Below, piece by piece: positions 29,148 through 44,100 of a stretch of 64,000 nt of DNA; the first letter of the stretch is position 1, and each line of letters opens with the position of its first letter. The position numbers were made by a program, and so were the translations under genes. This DNA is from Ancylonema sp. (lineage: Eukaryota). The notes beneath the pieces were generated by a model. That model did not search any database and was not told where the DNA came from. It saw only the letters and a list, made by a program, of their open reading frames with translations. The stretch spans positions 1 through 64,000 of the forward strand of contig JBFLGF010000193.1 in the NCBI GenBank assembly GCA_050230475.1, written 5' to 3'.

Positions 29148-32100
29148 TAGTGATCGGGGAGCCCGCTCCAAAACCCCGGGGCTCCGGATCCGGGCTCGCA
29201 AGCCCGACAGGCTCCTAATCCGGGCTCGTATACACGAGCCCGGACGGGCTCGTCGGGCTCAACGGGCTCTTCGAGCCCGACGAGCTCAGAACGGGCTCGC
29301 GGGCTCGACGCGCTCCCCAAGAAAAAATCCGGGCTCCGATTTTATAGCATCATTGAAATTATTACCACAAAAAAAAAAAAAAACGATGTCCCTAACGCGG
29401 TTCATAGGATGTTTGTGTAACAACATGTGTAGTTTATTTGATAACAAATTCACACGTGCACGTCATTTTATGACGCATGATGTTTCATGTGGGACATGTC
29501 CTCCATGGATGCCTTATTGTATTACACCGAATCATGCATTTCCGTACACACACACGAAAACTTCAACAAGAATATGTAGACCAAAAAATATGAAGGTTGT
29601 ACATCCACTACTAGTTAGTAAATATTGTATGGTAGAGAAGTCTAACGACATGAGAATCACACCAAGGTACTTTGTCTCAAGGGAACCGAAATATGAATAC
29701 AACCACATTCGAGCTTACCACATTACGTAAACAAACCCACATACCAATAAGACTTACACTACACTAACCATTGCGATTTCTCAACTCTCAACGTGTACTT
29801 GTACAAATCGAGACCTTTCTCCCTTATTTATTATTATAAATGGGTAAACCAAGAATCGGAAAACTTGGCATCAAAGGCATCAAAAGGGAAGGGTCCTAAA
29901 CTTGATGAATACATGATACTACTTTGAGGGGCCACTAATCCACTATGGTCTATAGCGTCCTATGGGCTTTTATGTATTTTTTTGATTTTTTCGGGGAATG
30001 AAAAGTTTTCACGGGCGTTGAACACGTTGTGTCGAATCTAGGGATGGGGCCCAACCCGCAACTCCACCCAACCCCGCAACTCCGTTCGGGTTGCGCAACT
30101 CCCGCCCCCGAGCAGGCCAAACCCAGCCAACCCAATCCGCAGCACGGAATTGCGAGTTGCGTGGTTGCGTCGGGGTTGCATGTTGCTGTTTGGGGTTGCG
30201 TGTTGCATTTTTGGGTTGCGTGGGGTTGCGTGGGGTTGCGTGGGGTTGCGAAAAACAATAAAAGAGGGAAAGTATCGATCCGAATATAGGATCGATATCT
30301 CGATCTACGGTTCAAAATTTTCGTCGTGGATTTCCCGCATCTTGGAAGTGACGAACCTTCTTCAGAGTCCCACATTCAGCACTCAAATGTGGTGACCAGT
30401 GAACGATTTGTAGTGTGGGGAGGCAGCCATGGCCGACGAAAGTAGCGGAGATAAAGCTCCAGCGGACAGCTCCGATTCAGGCTCTGGTAATTTCCGTAGA
30501 TCTAGTTCCCCAACGGTATTTCGTGTGGAAGAAAAGGTCTGCAGCCACTCTGTACACGCTTTGGTCAAGTGGGGAGTACACTTCGTACAGCGTCCCAGTG
30601 GCGATGGCAAAACAAACAAAAAAGCAAACAAAGCCTAGGGTGACGTATAGACTGAGATCGTACACTATCACCCTATCGCATACACAACATGCTCCAATCA
30701 CCTCAAGACATGCACGGGAATGCATTCTACCCACACCTAAACATCATATGCCCAAAGTTTTTAACTACTAGCCAAGGCGCGGACTGACGCTTGGGTGTCA
30801 CGCACGCCATAAACAATACACGTGCGATAGACTAAAGACATTCCTACCACTCAATTGAAATCATCATGCGAAGGTTTATAACGACAAGTACACGGCCCAA
30901 AGTCAAAAGAGTAAGGGGAAATGTTCCCGGAAAGACGAGTACAGTGAAACGTCTAGGCACTTCAAGAGAGCAAGTGCTAGACGGGAACCAACGGGGTCGC
31001 GGAATGCGGCGCCGCTTTGGTCCGGACGGGCACCACACGTGTAACGATAGCCTGCCCCAAGTCTATCCTGATTCCAGATGTTATGACAACAAGATCTAGC
31101 AAATGACGCTACAATCCTTGCACACCAATAGCATCACTCCTAACCGAGAAGACCACGGAAGGTGCTTTCGGTATACTCTTATAGCAAGACCTTCTAGCGT
31201 AACTTTTTCCCGCTTTACACACAAGGCTGGTTATGGCGGCTAAAAGCCCGCGATACACCGAACGATGCCAAATACTACGACAGGGGCTTTGTACAAAGCT
31301 TGGGGTTGGAGTGAAGAGTGTGATGAAGATAAGGATGTACCGACGGGATCAGCGAAAGTCACTCTTGAGTCCCTCTTTGGCGACTTGAAGATGCCGTCTA
31401 TTTGCTTTGCTAACCTCTTTGCCTACAATCAGGGATAGTTGATAGTAGAACCTTGTTATACATGTGCCACCATGGGGTGGTAGAAAATTTATGATTACAA
31501 ACTAGTCATCGTTTACACTTCGAGTTATGACTGCGGCACTTTAATTTATTACAATTTTGGAATGTATTACAATAAAATTTGTTAAATGTGTCGGTCTGAA
31601 TCCAATACCTGTAATGTTCGTTGCTAAACATTCACGTGGAGTCTCTCACATCCACCTAAAGTTTTAGGTCCTAAACACATTACTCACACAATGGCCCCAA
31701 GTATTGATTATTTTTTGTCGTTATACTCCAAAGCGATGCAATGGTGTCACACTCCCATGAAATGATAACATTGTGAATGAGTCTGTTAACTGTACAATAT
31801 AAGGTTATATGTAATGAACGACCGATTGCTATTTAATCCTTCAAAATAGTGAAGAAATGGGAATTGTTGGTGCGGAGCAAATAACACGAGTTGAACGGTT
31901 CAAAAGGATTGAATCAAGATAATGGGAAAATGTATAAACGTTCGTTGCATTATGGATGAAGACGATTTTAAGTAAAGAAAACCAACTATTCAATCACAGC
32001 CGAACATTGACTTCAAAGACAAAAAAAAAATCGATATGCAAAAGAAATACAAGTTATGTTTACAGTGAGATTATTAACTACCTTCCAATGTTTGTATCTT

Positions 32101-32593
32101 CGTCATGTGTTGTGCGTTACTCATAAGAACGCTCAACTCGCATTACATGTATCATAACTTTGTTTCCAAACTCGCATTGCATCATTTGGGGGTGGAAACC
32201 CTTTTTCCGGTGGTTTTTTGGGGTTGCGTGTTGCTGTTTGGGGTTGCATGTTGCTTTTGGGGGTTGCGTGTCGCTTTTTGGGGTTGCGTGTTGCTAATTG
32301 GGGTTGCGTTAGGTTGGGTGGGGTTGCCTGGGGTTGCGAAAAAAACAACAACACGCAACCCAAAGGGGTTTGGGGTTGCGCCCCATCCCTAGTCGAATCT
32401 GAAGATGATATTACAACCACAAAGTGAGTCAAAACGAGGAGCCCGTGCGGCAACCCTATCGACGCCCGGAGCGCATTGAGCCCGAAAATCGCGAGTCCAT
32501 CTGCCTCCGAGCCTGTCCGCAAACAAAACCAGGATTACAGGCTCGGAGCCCGCGGGCTCACGGGCTCGCGGGCTCGTGGGCTCCCAATCACTG
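29148..32593. mobile_element. hAT-like non-autonomous element (middle layer of the nest)
   Basis: TIR TAGTGATCGGG...CCCAATCACTG, subterminal GGGCTCG arrays at both ends, and a diverged 8-bp TSD ATTCTATC / ATTATAAC. Confidence 0.7.
30039..32391. mobile_element. hAT (Ac-like termini) deletion derivative (innermost layer)
   Basis: TIR TAGGGATGGGGC...GCCCCATCCCTA, perfect 8-bp TSD GTCGAATC and GGGTTGCG subterminal arrays. A possible decayed transposase N-terminus starts at 30429. Confidence 0.9.
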
Positions 32594-33039
32594 ATTATAA
32601 CAGGATTATTATTATTTCAGGATTTTGGGAAGTTTTATATTGGGTGCGTGGGTTGGGTCAAGTGCTGGTTTCGTAGCTAAATTACTTCATTTTTTTTCAC
32701 CCGAGTCATCATGTATGGCCACTACGGTACATGTTTTAAGTACTACAAGTGTTGCAACACTCGAAAGGCAAAGTGATGGCAAAATGAGACAATCGATATT
32801 GACAAAAGCAATCAAAGAAATATACAATTCAATCGGTCAGGCTAGCCTCTTAACGCCTGTACTTACACGACCAAACCCGACCCATAGAGCATGATATTGA
32901 AACAAAACAAAAAAACTGATGAAGTGGAAACCTAGCACTCCCTGGTTAGCACTTTTGAGCATGCTGTACAACTGACCTACGAATTCACAAATACACACCG
33001 AATAGACACACCAACCCCTCTCAAACTACGCCCCAGTTC

Positions 33040-36000
33040 TCAGAACTTGCAGGACGTACCAAACCGTTTTGCACTCATTCCTGCCTCTTGCTTCTGTATT
33101 TCCAGGAATGACTCCATTACTTCCTTCAAGACCTGTATATATAAGGCCCACAGCCTGTCACTCAGCTCTGAAAAGATCATGCCACCATCCGCTGGAAATG
33201 CCTTTTCAAGCTCAATAACACTGCTGCTCCCCCCTTGATGTACACTACTCCCAACCTTCGGGCCTAACGCACAATAGGACTTGGTCGGATATGAGAATGG
33301 CTGCGCAGCACGCGTATCAGCCAGAAGGGACTTTACAGCACGAACTTTTTCCACTGTACGATGAAAGACGTTGTCCACTGCCACACTCCTCTTGGTGACA
33401 GCTGGCTGCAGGGGAACAGCGACGGCACCTGACGGTCCTGCCATAAACCTGGAGCGATCTCCATCCCCAGCTGCACTGCCATCAGATTCCTCCAACCGCA
33501 GCAGGGTTGGTGCTGCTGAGGGTGCTGACGCCGGGGAGAACTGGATCCCAACGGGGGAGGAGGCTGAGGAGGTGGGAGTGGGTGAGCCACTGTGAGGGGA
33601 CCAGGGAGACATGAAGCCATTTCGGTCGAGAGAAGCTTTTGCGAATCCAGTCCGGACTTTCGAGATTTTGATGGCAAGACTGTGCTCCTTCGGTTCGTCC
33701 TCTTCAATGTCCGATCCAATCCCTGGACTCTGAGCTGATGTATCTTCCTCCTGATCCATCTCAAAGTGCAGCGGCTCCTCGGCCGGATCGGACTCCTCAT
33801 CTCCTGCTCTTGAAAGCATTTCAGACTGCCTGTGGCATTCCGCCGCAGCAGCTTCTGCCAACTTCCTCTCCAGCCTCGTTTTTGCCTCCACGCACATCAA
33901 TTCGAACTGACTCGCTTCCTCGTCCATGCCTCGCAGTTCCCTGCTCATCATACCTCCGATCTCTCCCAAGGTGAACCCTGCTGCCGCAGCTCGTTGTAGT
34001 AACGCAGTAGACATCACCAGCATGCGCAGTGCTCCAACTGGGAGGGTGGGGACGGAGGCCTTCAGCATTTCGACTTCGGCCTCCGCGTCCAGGGCATTGA
34101 TGTAGTCGAGTTCTTCCTGGGTGAAAGGAAGAGACACCTGCAGCGAAAGAAGGGCTCCCATTAGCAACGATAACGAGATACAGAGACATGAGACATGAGA
34201 CATAACAACACATACACATACAGAGACATGACAACGTCTTCAGATGCCCATAGAAGCACTGCTTGGAGCAACATCTGCCAATCGCTGACTCATCAACGGT
34301 ATAGCAAAAAAAATGAACAGAACAATTGTCATTCACAAAAGAAGGGCATACCTGCGGCCAGTGCAGCCATTCAAAGTAAGCTGACTCCACACTTTCTGGC
34401 AAGCAGAAGCCAGGGTCGATTGGTATCAGTTCCACGGCATCGTCCACCCGCAGAGACATGTCAGAAGTTGAAGAAGGTGACGTGCAGCCTTTAGTTTTGC
34501 GAACAAGTATGTTGCCTGCGGACGTCGACATGAAATGTGCCAGATGTCGTCAGAACTGGTCTAACAAGAGGCCTCTTGACAGGTAAAGAAACAGACAAAG
34601 AGGCAAGTCCAAATGCCTACAAGCTTGCTGATAGTGTGTTGTAAGTTCTTGCACAATAAACGAGCATGTCTACAAGCTAGACAAAGACCCATGACGGTCA
34701 TGTTCTGTCAATTCAAGATGCCTTTAGTGTCTCAATGTCAAGAAGCCCAACAAACTACAGCAGGGCTTTGCAAGGTCGGACAAAAAGCGTACCTGAGTGT
34801 CGATCAGTGTTAAGAATCCTGATATCGAGGATACCGATCCGATGTATTGCAGACACCGGGAACCGGGACGTGCCATGCTCACTGGCATCAAAGTCATGTT
34901 CAACATATTGTTGAAATGAAGCTATTTTTGTTGGAGGCCGGTCTCGACCTCCCAGCATGTTGCCCCCATTCACATAGAAGACACGGTGAACAGCCTTCAC
35001 CAAAGTAGTGGGCGGCACACTGGCAAATCCGCCATGGTCAAGAAGGTACGCAGCAACTTCCCGCGGGCCTGCAATTTACAGTAGAAACCCCTCTCTGTCA
35101 ATAAATACGTTTACGAATACTACCTCGCTAATTTCTGAATTGAACTAAGTTCAGAGAAATGCTAAACAAAATATCGGGGGGTGAAGCTGAAATCATATAA
35201 CAGTTTCTGTGAGAGAGGGTAGGAAAGCACGTGGCCATCGGCATGGTCACGGAGGGGGTAAAAACATCAGAGTGTAAGGATATCCAAGTGGAGGTACCTG
35301 CTTCGCCCACCCTGATAGTCCGTTTAAGGCCAGGCTGTCCCAGAGGTCTCCCTATGTATCCATTAGGGTTGTTGTGGGCGAAGGGCTCTTCGTCCGTCGG
35401 CTTGATGATGGCAATGCGCTGCCCTTTCCGATTTTTAAGGTAGTATGCGCCTCCAAGGCCACCTGTCGCTGTTTCTGGGTCCACACCGCAGTCCACAGCC
35501 GTCGATGCCTCCTTCACAAGCCGTTTGATTTGTGAATTGACGTGCATCCTGTCAAGCACCTCAAAAGCCCGAGATACATCTGCGCTCGCCGCGTCTGTGC
35601 AAGGACCCATGGAGGGACTGCTACAACACCTCGTGATGCCCCGAGAGAGAAGGACTGGAGAGGAATTTCGAAGCTCACTCAAGTCATCCACAACGTGGCC
35701 ACCCAGAAGCAACTCGGACTGTTCGGTAGGCACGGACAACACAGCCTGGACTGCTTTCATAAGCTTGTGTACCGTGTCTCCCCTATCCAAGTCCACGCCC
35801 AGAACTTCTCCGGTCTCAGTCTGGACGTATACGCGTCGCAGTCCTACCGTTCGAAAGCCAGAATTCATGTTTAATAGCGGATTGGGAACACCAACGGGAG
35901 ATTGCACCTGCATGTGCATGTGGCAATGAAAATAAGCTTGTGAACTGCCAATCGGGTCCACCCCTTCTGCTTTCAGCATTGTATCGTACTTGCGTACAAG

Positions 36001-36150
36001 AATATAACTCCTAATCTTGACAGAGCTAATACCGATCGATTGCTGACCAGAGGGCGAGTCAAACAGCTAGGATACCAGCACACTTACAGAACTATGTGAA
36101 AGCATTGAGCAACTCTTTACCTGAAGAGGACCGCTGAGACGAGGCGCCAT
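33040..36150 (-). CDS. Type II phosphatidylinositol 4-kinase gamma (ubiquitin-like domain kinase, PI4K-gamma5-7 like), 5 exons
   Basis: Exons 36121-36150, 35298-35907, ~34793-35068, ~34352-34515 and 33040-34137. UBL domain RRVYVQTETG, then GGLGGAYY, IIKPTDEEPFA, REVAAYLLDH, NTDRHSGNILV, YFEWLHWPQ and the C-terminal RFGTSCKF. Confidence 0.9.
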
Positions 36151-39100
36151 GGAGCAAGCGTTGTGCGAAAGATATGCGTTGTGCGAACGCTATGCCCTCT
36201 GCCTCGCTGAGATCCGGGTGTTTGAACATAAGTCGCGCCCTGAAATCAATAGGTGACCTTGGTACAGATAGCCATCCTGAAATCCTGGAAACTCAGTCGG
36301 TAGACGCAAAATGTGAGAGTTGGCCTTCTAAACGATTCAGAAGAAGCACTATTATTACAAATTCCGACACTCGCGCCCCCACCACTTACTCCCGTGCTTC
36401 CGGTCAGGGCACGATGTCGCACATGTGGTGCACACAGGCGTGTTGCAGACGTGGCTACACAGTTCCAGTCAAGTACCATTGGCCATGGTGCGCCAGATTC
36501 ACCATATAGGTCAGAAGAAGTCCCTATTCCATTTCAGGAGAGACGACTCGCAGTTTGTGGCTTACACGAGCGAACGTACGAGTTTCGTATCCACTTCATC
36601 TAGAACCGTCCTCATGCACCCATCCAGAACTTCCAGACGGTACAGGTGCTTCGCGCGTGCATGGAGGTGGCTCGGAGGATAAGATTGGTCGGATGTAAAG
36701 TTGAGACCTGCGGACGCGCACCGCAGGTTCCGGATCGCTTGTCGCAACTTACGGCCCGCAACACGCTCCGCGCCGCGCGGACATATCTCGCCCGGCGCGG
36801 GGCTGCAAACTCCCCTTATTTTGAGGCTTTTTAACTAGAAATCCAAGACAACATAGAACATGTACATATTTTCTGAATCCAATCTTGAGTCTGTTGGTTT
36901 TTCATGACATTGAATCCAAAATCAATTGGAAAAAAAATTGGGAGTAACGGAATGGGTTTTATAACTTCGAAGCCGGCCTGGATTGCTCTTGGGTTATTCA
37001 GCTGCAACCTGTAGCCCCCGCCCGGTAAATTCCCGCACAGTACGAAGTCAACTATGGTCCAAAAATAATATTAAAAATTCCTTACATACTTCATCCACAT
37101 TAATAAATATTGAGTTGTGTACAAGGTAAAAAACATTCATTAGCATACCATTTCCATAACAATGTTTGGACGCAATGTTATAATAATCATGCCCAGTAAA
37201 CTAACAATTCAATCACTCTCGATATAGTGATCTCTCCGATATCGGAAAAAATATGTCCGCCGTTTTCTAAGTCCCACCCGAAAACATTACAATATAGTTT
37301 ATAGTCACCCACGTTAAAAGTTACCCCAATATTCCAAATTTTGATGGTGCAAAGTGACTAGGGTTGTGCAATGTTGTAAATTCAAACATTATAAATCTCT
37401 TATTTAGAACCTTAAATTTAACCCTAGATAGTATACTACGAATCTATAACCAACTTTCATATGGTAAGTAACCTTAATAACTCATAACAAACTTGACCGC
37501 TCGCATTTGGTTATAACTGAGACCCTAAAAGGCACGTCGGTTCCTGCACATAGAAATACATTTCGCAGATACAAACCTATTTTCACGTGATTATTACTTG
37601 TTTTTATGATCTCGTTTTTGTCAGGTCAATAATGCGTCAAGCGGTCTAGCTATGCTTTGTTGATCTTTTGTTGATCAATAACAATGTGAGGAAGAGAAGA
37701 CGTTTTATTTGTTACATATTAGTATCGGGGGGCATTCAAGGTTTTTGAATTTTAACCCAACGTGCCGCAACAAAAACACAACCACCATCCGTAATAAGTT
37801 GAATGTATCAACGTCCATGCTTGGGTACATGTGCTAAAGTCGTTGCATTATATATAAAACACGATGACGAAACCATGATGATGCATTTCTATCATGATTT
37901 TGCATGTCTCTCCGTTTGACCCATACAAACTACACAATGGATACGTGGTGGTGGAGAACTCCCATTTGGAATAAACTAGGGTATCTTGCAACATCAATTT
38001 CATTCTATTCCATGATCATTGCTCGTGTGTGGGATGCAATTCGGAATTGATGCCGTCATGTTATTTGACATACCATATGACATAATTATACGCGTAAACC
38101 TTACGAATTTTTCCAACTCGTAAGGCGACGTTCTTAAAGGCCCAAAACACTTTAATCGCAATCTTACTTTTGCATATCGTGGCACGCGGAGGAAACAGGC
38201 AAGCACATGTGTTCTCGTTCTTAACCGTGTTTACATAAAAGAGACACTTAGTTCATGTTGATATCTTCGATACACGACCAACCAACTTCTTTCTGGAAGT
38301 ACTTCTGAAAAGGGGGCAAACATAGAAATACGGATGCATATGCATGTATCCCGGTATCACCCCCATAACATGGGGATCACCCCGGTGATTTCGTGAATAG
38401 TAAAACTACACCTCGAGATAGTGTTTTTTTAAACTTTCGACACGGAGGATTTGCGAAATGAGGAAATCGAGTAAGTAATGAGGTGTACACGCGTAATCAA
38501 CAATGCCATGACGATCACTATACAATGCATAGTCCCTGTTGCCAAGGAACTTTATGGAGAAGTAACTACCGTAAAAATGAGGTGATTTGAGCCATCACGT
38601 CGGCTCGAACATGTTTTTTTCATCTTTTGCATGCATTTTCTACCCATGGACGAGGCACGTAATCGAGTGTAACGGCACATAGAATATATCAAAATTTGGT
38701 GATTGTTCAAAAAGCATAGAGGAAATAATAGAATGAAGTGTCAAACAATTGTGTTTGTGAACACAATCAATGTGGCGTACATGTGACTCGTAAAACACAC
38801 ATAACACGATGCTTGAGTGTGAAAATGCCGTAGTTGTGCATTTTGTGCGCCGCACATGCACGCGTGTCGTACGCGTGCGCAAGTTTTGCTTACCATGCAA
38901 ACGGTGCTCACGGTGCGGACACGGTACACACGGATTTCGCACACGGTGCGCGGCCCTGGACGAGCCAAAATTCGACCGTAGCCCAGTATTTCGAGGTTAC
39001 ACAGATTGTGCGGATGCGGCACGCGTGCCAAACGCGCGCGAATTTCTCGCCCACGGTGCGCGGCCGTGACATAAACCATGGTTTATGCACTTACACCCAT

Positions 39101-41193
39101 GGGAACGTTTCAAATATTTTAGAACTTGTGACTGGTTATGAATGAAGGCGACACAATTCGGTAGTGCTTGTTTGCGTGTGTCCCGTTTATAACGTAAATT
39201 ACACACATCGGGATTCACATCGTTACAAATATGAGTCTCGAAAAAATAATATTAAAAATCGGCGTCTTCGCATGGGCGTGTTTTATATTATTAAACGGTA
39301 CCGTCACCTCGCATAGTAAAATCTGAGAATATGGGAAATAAAAAGGGGGAAAACAACTTCCGTAAGGAACTTTCCTGATTCCGCCAATATGATCCGTAAT
39401 ACTATTGAAAACCATATTGAAAAAACCCACAAAATTTGAAAATTTGTGTTTTAAAACACCGTGATACCTCGACAGCTCGGGATTTACATCTAGCGGATTG
39501 TGACTCAATATTTCGTTGGTTTCCCTCGCATAACTGACTTCAATCGTATGACATGCCGTAATATCTTTAACATCATAATGCAAGATAAGTGTGCTAACAT
39601 TAATTGGTACTCTGCGATTGACAAGTGTTGCCGAAGGGCTTCCTACATAGATTTGGCCATTATGTCATTTTGTTTCCCAAAATAAACTCATGTTAGACAT
39701 TATGTCAGATTTTTTTTTTTAAATCCCGTAGTGGTGTTGGAGATCCAATATTTACGGTGTCCGTTGATAAAGTCAGTATTGTGACTCTCATAATCGTTCG
39801 CTCGCTCGCTCACTGTTCATAGAAGTTAATGTATTCAATTCGTCTCGTCTCCACGGCTTGCACTAGAATAATACAATGATAATGAAGCCGAAATATATGG
39901 AGTCGAAGAAAAAAAGTCCAAATGGGAACAAAGAAATGAACTCGTATCCGTGAGTCGAAAACTTTTCTCACTAGCGTGACTGTAGTGACTTACAGTAAGT
40001 AGGCTCTCATAAGAAATTGACAACAAAAAGCATGAAACGGCAAAGACTCGTCAACTCACAAAAAAAACAGGGTGACAAACTTGCATACAATTGAAGACTT
40101 CGATGAAAATAATTCCTTCCGCTAGCCAATATATCATGTGTTCAAGATTGAGCTTCTACTAATAATATAGTAAATGAAGATCTTGCATTGTATGTAACTT
40201 ATCAGCGGAGTTCACATAATTTTCATCATTAATGAAGACTTATATGCACTCAATGTAAGCACGGGAGGTCTTGGTGACGATTCAATCGATAAAAAAAATG
40301 CACGTGATTAAAAATTAAAACTCACTACCAAAATGACAAAATACTTCAAGTGAAATAGTCAAATACATTTATGCAAAGATTGCATAGAACGAATTCAGCT
40401 TCAAATTACGCAAAACGGTAGAAATGTTAAATGTTAAAAAGAAATTACTATATAACAAAAAAATACACGCGCGCCAAATAAAAAACAATAAGAAGAAGTT
40501 ACAAGCAAAAAGTACGCGAAACAACGAAGCTTTTGAATCAAATGGTGTTTTGACGGCAGCGAAACTGTTTGTAACATATATTTATATAGTGACAATATTT
40601 GCCAATGAAACGCCAATCTAGGCACATGAAAATGAAAAAACAAATATTAACGACTTACATGCGAAACTTCACGTAGCAAAATATTCAAGATGGGAAAACA
40701 TGAAAAGAAGAAAATACAAAACAAAGAAATCGACGTCATTGGAACGATGCGACGAATGCAAAGTATTGGAACATCAATAGGCACGAAGGCGTAGTGAATA
40801 CACGATGACGGAGACACTGTGTCACACGGATACACGTCTCCAAGGAAATTGACACATAGCATATGAAAGATAATGGTAAGAAAACTTGAAATATAGACAG
40901 CGTGAACCAGTAGCGGAAGCTCGCACCTTCAAAAGCTATATTGGATTTTACACAATCACCGTGGCGATTCTTGAAAATCGTGCGCAAAAATCTTTGAGAC
41001 TAAATTTATATAAAGGCTGGAAAAGAAAAAGTTATTAATTGTTTATTCTGGGATCTTCGAATAAACAAGTGCAACAAATCATCGATGAAATTAGCAAGCT
41101 TGAAATCACTTATGATAAGAGGCGCGTAAAACGATTTGTCACTTAACAAAGTAGCGCACAAGTTCAATGTTTTACAAAACAAGACAAAATAAG

Positions 41194-44100
41194 TGTACGG
41201 TAAAGCAACGTCGTTTTGGTATGATTGTGAAATGTGTTTAGAAAAGTGTTCTCGTCGGGCTAATGTACCCGACGAGGCGACAACGGTACAATGATTACTG
41301 GACACTTTTCTAACCGACGGTCGGAACTATCGATCGCCGTCGTGCCACCGCACCTGTGTCCACGGCAACATGCCGGACTCGACTGTCACCACACAAATCC
41401 AGCTAATGGGGTGGTGATACCGCCTGGTATTCTACAACGACTACTAGCTAGGTCACGTCCGTACAAGTGTGGACGTGCCGTGTGCGAACGGATACCCGGG
41501 TATAGCATTCCCGGCTCCGTGTCCTAAAAGACTCTAAGGCAATTAGCCGGACAAGGCAAACAAGTTATTGTTGTGCCTATCCGAACTCAATTCCTAACAC
41601 ACCCCCTCGGATGCACATCCTTGTTTGGCATTGTCTAGTGCAAAGGAGGACTACCCTACAATGAAGCCGGGTAGTTGGTCTTCCCTAGTCAAATATCGAC
41701 CTAGGGGCTCCTATCTACGTCATCCCAAATCATCCACGCTTGAACTTGAAAAGCTCCCGTTCCTTGTCGTTTTTCGGGCCGAAGCCCTGAACATACAAAC
41801 AAAAACAACAAGTTAGTCGACAAACAAAAACATAAAAAATCGTTTTTCACTTTCCAGTTTTGAGTCAGAAAATTTAAAATTGCATAACTTCTTGCAAACA
41901 TAACAAAAAAATCTCAGATTTTGACAAAGCGCTTAAAAAGGTAATACAAACATATATGCGAAAATTTAGCTTTATAAAAGTTCATATGCAAAAGTTTAAT
42001 TTTCAGACTTTAACTTTTTCACATTTTTCTGGACTTGAAACACTTTAGAGGTTGAGAGTTGGAAGGGACTCAGCTTTGAAAACAATAGTAGTCCTCCACT
42101 CTGCATCACAAAAATCACCCCCTGCTAGACTAGGGAGTGGATCCGAAAGCTCCTCACCAGCACCACCTGTTTATTTGACTTTTCCAAAACCTACAAACTT
42201 CGTATGCCTATCTAACAAGAGTTGTGGCAAGGCCTTAGTCAACATATCTGCAGGCTACACTAAGATGCACATATCTCAGTCTACCCTTCCTGTGGCACTC
42301 CCTGACCCAATGATAGACCACGTTAAAGTGTTTGGCCTTCTGGCGTTGGACAGGGTTGATGATCATGGACAAGGCTGAGTTTGAGTCAGTATGAACAGTA
42401 ATCTGAATTGGCATCTTAAGCCCATGCAGGAGCGACTTAAGGTAGCATCACTCTTTATTGACACTACATGCCGCAATATACTCTGTCCCCGCCGTACTCT
42501 GTGCCACGGTGGACTGCTTCTGACTCTTTTAGTTGAAGGCTGTCCCTCCTACTGTGGTGACCCATCCTGTGACTGACTTAACTATCATGGGGCAATTGTT
42601 ATAACTAGCATCACAAAATCCCTTAATTTCCAAGCGTTTCTTGCCTACAAACGTAAGACCGTGATCTTGAGTACCCTTTAGATAGCGGAAGAGATGGTGA
42701 AGTGCCTTAATATGATTAGGGCCACGGTTGGACATGTGTTTTGCTAGCACCCCTACATTGTACGCAATGTCTAACCTGGTCTGTTTCATAGCATAGATTA
42801 AACCTCCTATCTTCCCTCTAAAGTCTGTGATAGCTTCAAGGGTAGGGGGGAAGGAGGGTTCATCACTTAGGGAGAATTGGGTTCCAGGGGCAAGGGGAAG
42901 TTTGGTGGGGTTACAGTCCCCCATACCATACCGATCCAGCACTTGCCGCACGTACCCGCCCTGAAAAAGCGTTAGCATCCTGCACCCCCTGTCACGTCTC
43001 ACTTCCACCCTCAAGATGTGGGTTAGGGGACCTAAGTCTTTCATTTTGAAAGCTGACCCTAACTCCTTCTTGAACTCAGCAATGACCTTCTTATTAGGAC
43101 CTACAATGACCTCATCATCTACATGAATACCCAAAATAATTCTGCTCTGACTCTCACCCCTGGTATATATACAAGTGTCCATAATAGACTGTGTGAACCC
43201 CACTTTCAGCATAAACTCACTAAACATTTTAGCCCAGACGTGGCTACTCTAGTTAAGGCCATATAGGGCACCTCGCACTCTTAACACCTTTCCCTCACTA
43301 CCACCTCGGATTTTCATACCCGGGGGAATCGTCATGTAAACCTCTTCCTCTGCCTGCCATGCAAAAAGGCAGTCATTACGTCCATACCCTCAATCTCCCA
43401 TTCATTTTGGTTAGCTATAGCAATCACCAAGGAAAGGAAGTGCTATCTACGACAGGTGCAAAAACATCGTTATAGTCTATACCTTCTTGCTGCAAAAATC
43501 CATGAGCTACCAGTCTGATCCTATGCCTCTCGATCTCACCAGAAGGCAAGAGTTTGAGTTTGAAAACGTACTTACAACCAAGAGGCCGCTTTCCGGGGGG
43601 AAGCACACACACTTCGAAAGCTACTCCTTTAGCGACTGCAGCTCAGTCTGAATAGCCTCCTCCCACTGCTGCCAGTCAGGTCGTTTCTTTGCTTGGTTAA
43701 AGGTGAGTGGGTCAGAAGAATTAGCTGTCTGGCTAGCAAGAACATAACCTGGATCAACTGGCCCATTAAAACCCGTGAAAAAACAGGTAGGCTCAAAGTT
43801 GTCAATAGGCATCTGCCCACATGCAATAGCGTCAATGACATCCTCATCTAACTCTTCCCCATCCCAAACTCAGCAAAGTTTACCCGTCGCCTCGCCATCA
43901 CGCGATCCGCGATGCTGTGCTCCTCCACCCCCGCGTCACCACCCCCTCCTTCAGCACCCCCTCTTTGCACCTCCTCCTCCTCATCTCCACCCCCCATATC
44001 ATTGACCCCTGACTCCGAGAGCTCGATGACTTCTGGCTGGTGTAGCTGGACGGCTAGTACATGGGCTACAGGGACTGCTGGGACATGGCCTAGTGCTCTG

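Larger units (their letters stand above)
29031..32727. mobile_element. Pogo-like MITE split by nested hAT insertions
   Basis: TA|CCGTACTGGCCACACATAATGACGCG ... CGAGTCATCATGTATGGCCACTACGG|TA. Confidence 0.75.

Noticed and set aside
30190..32370. GGGTTGCG arrays as CRISPR-like or telomeric repeats
   Set aside because: They are short subterminal transposase-binding repeats inside a hAT element, with no spacers.
37000..41190. AT-rich intergenic block as a decayed transposon
   Set aside because: Probably repeat-derived, but no TIR/TSD pair or protein motif could be established.
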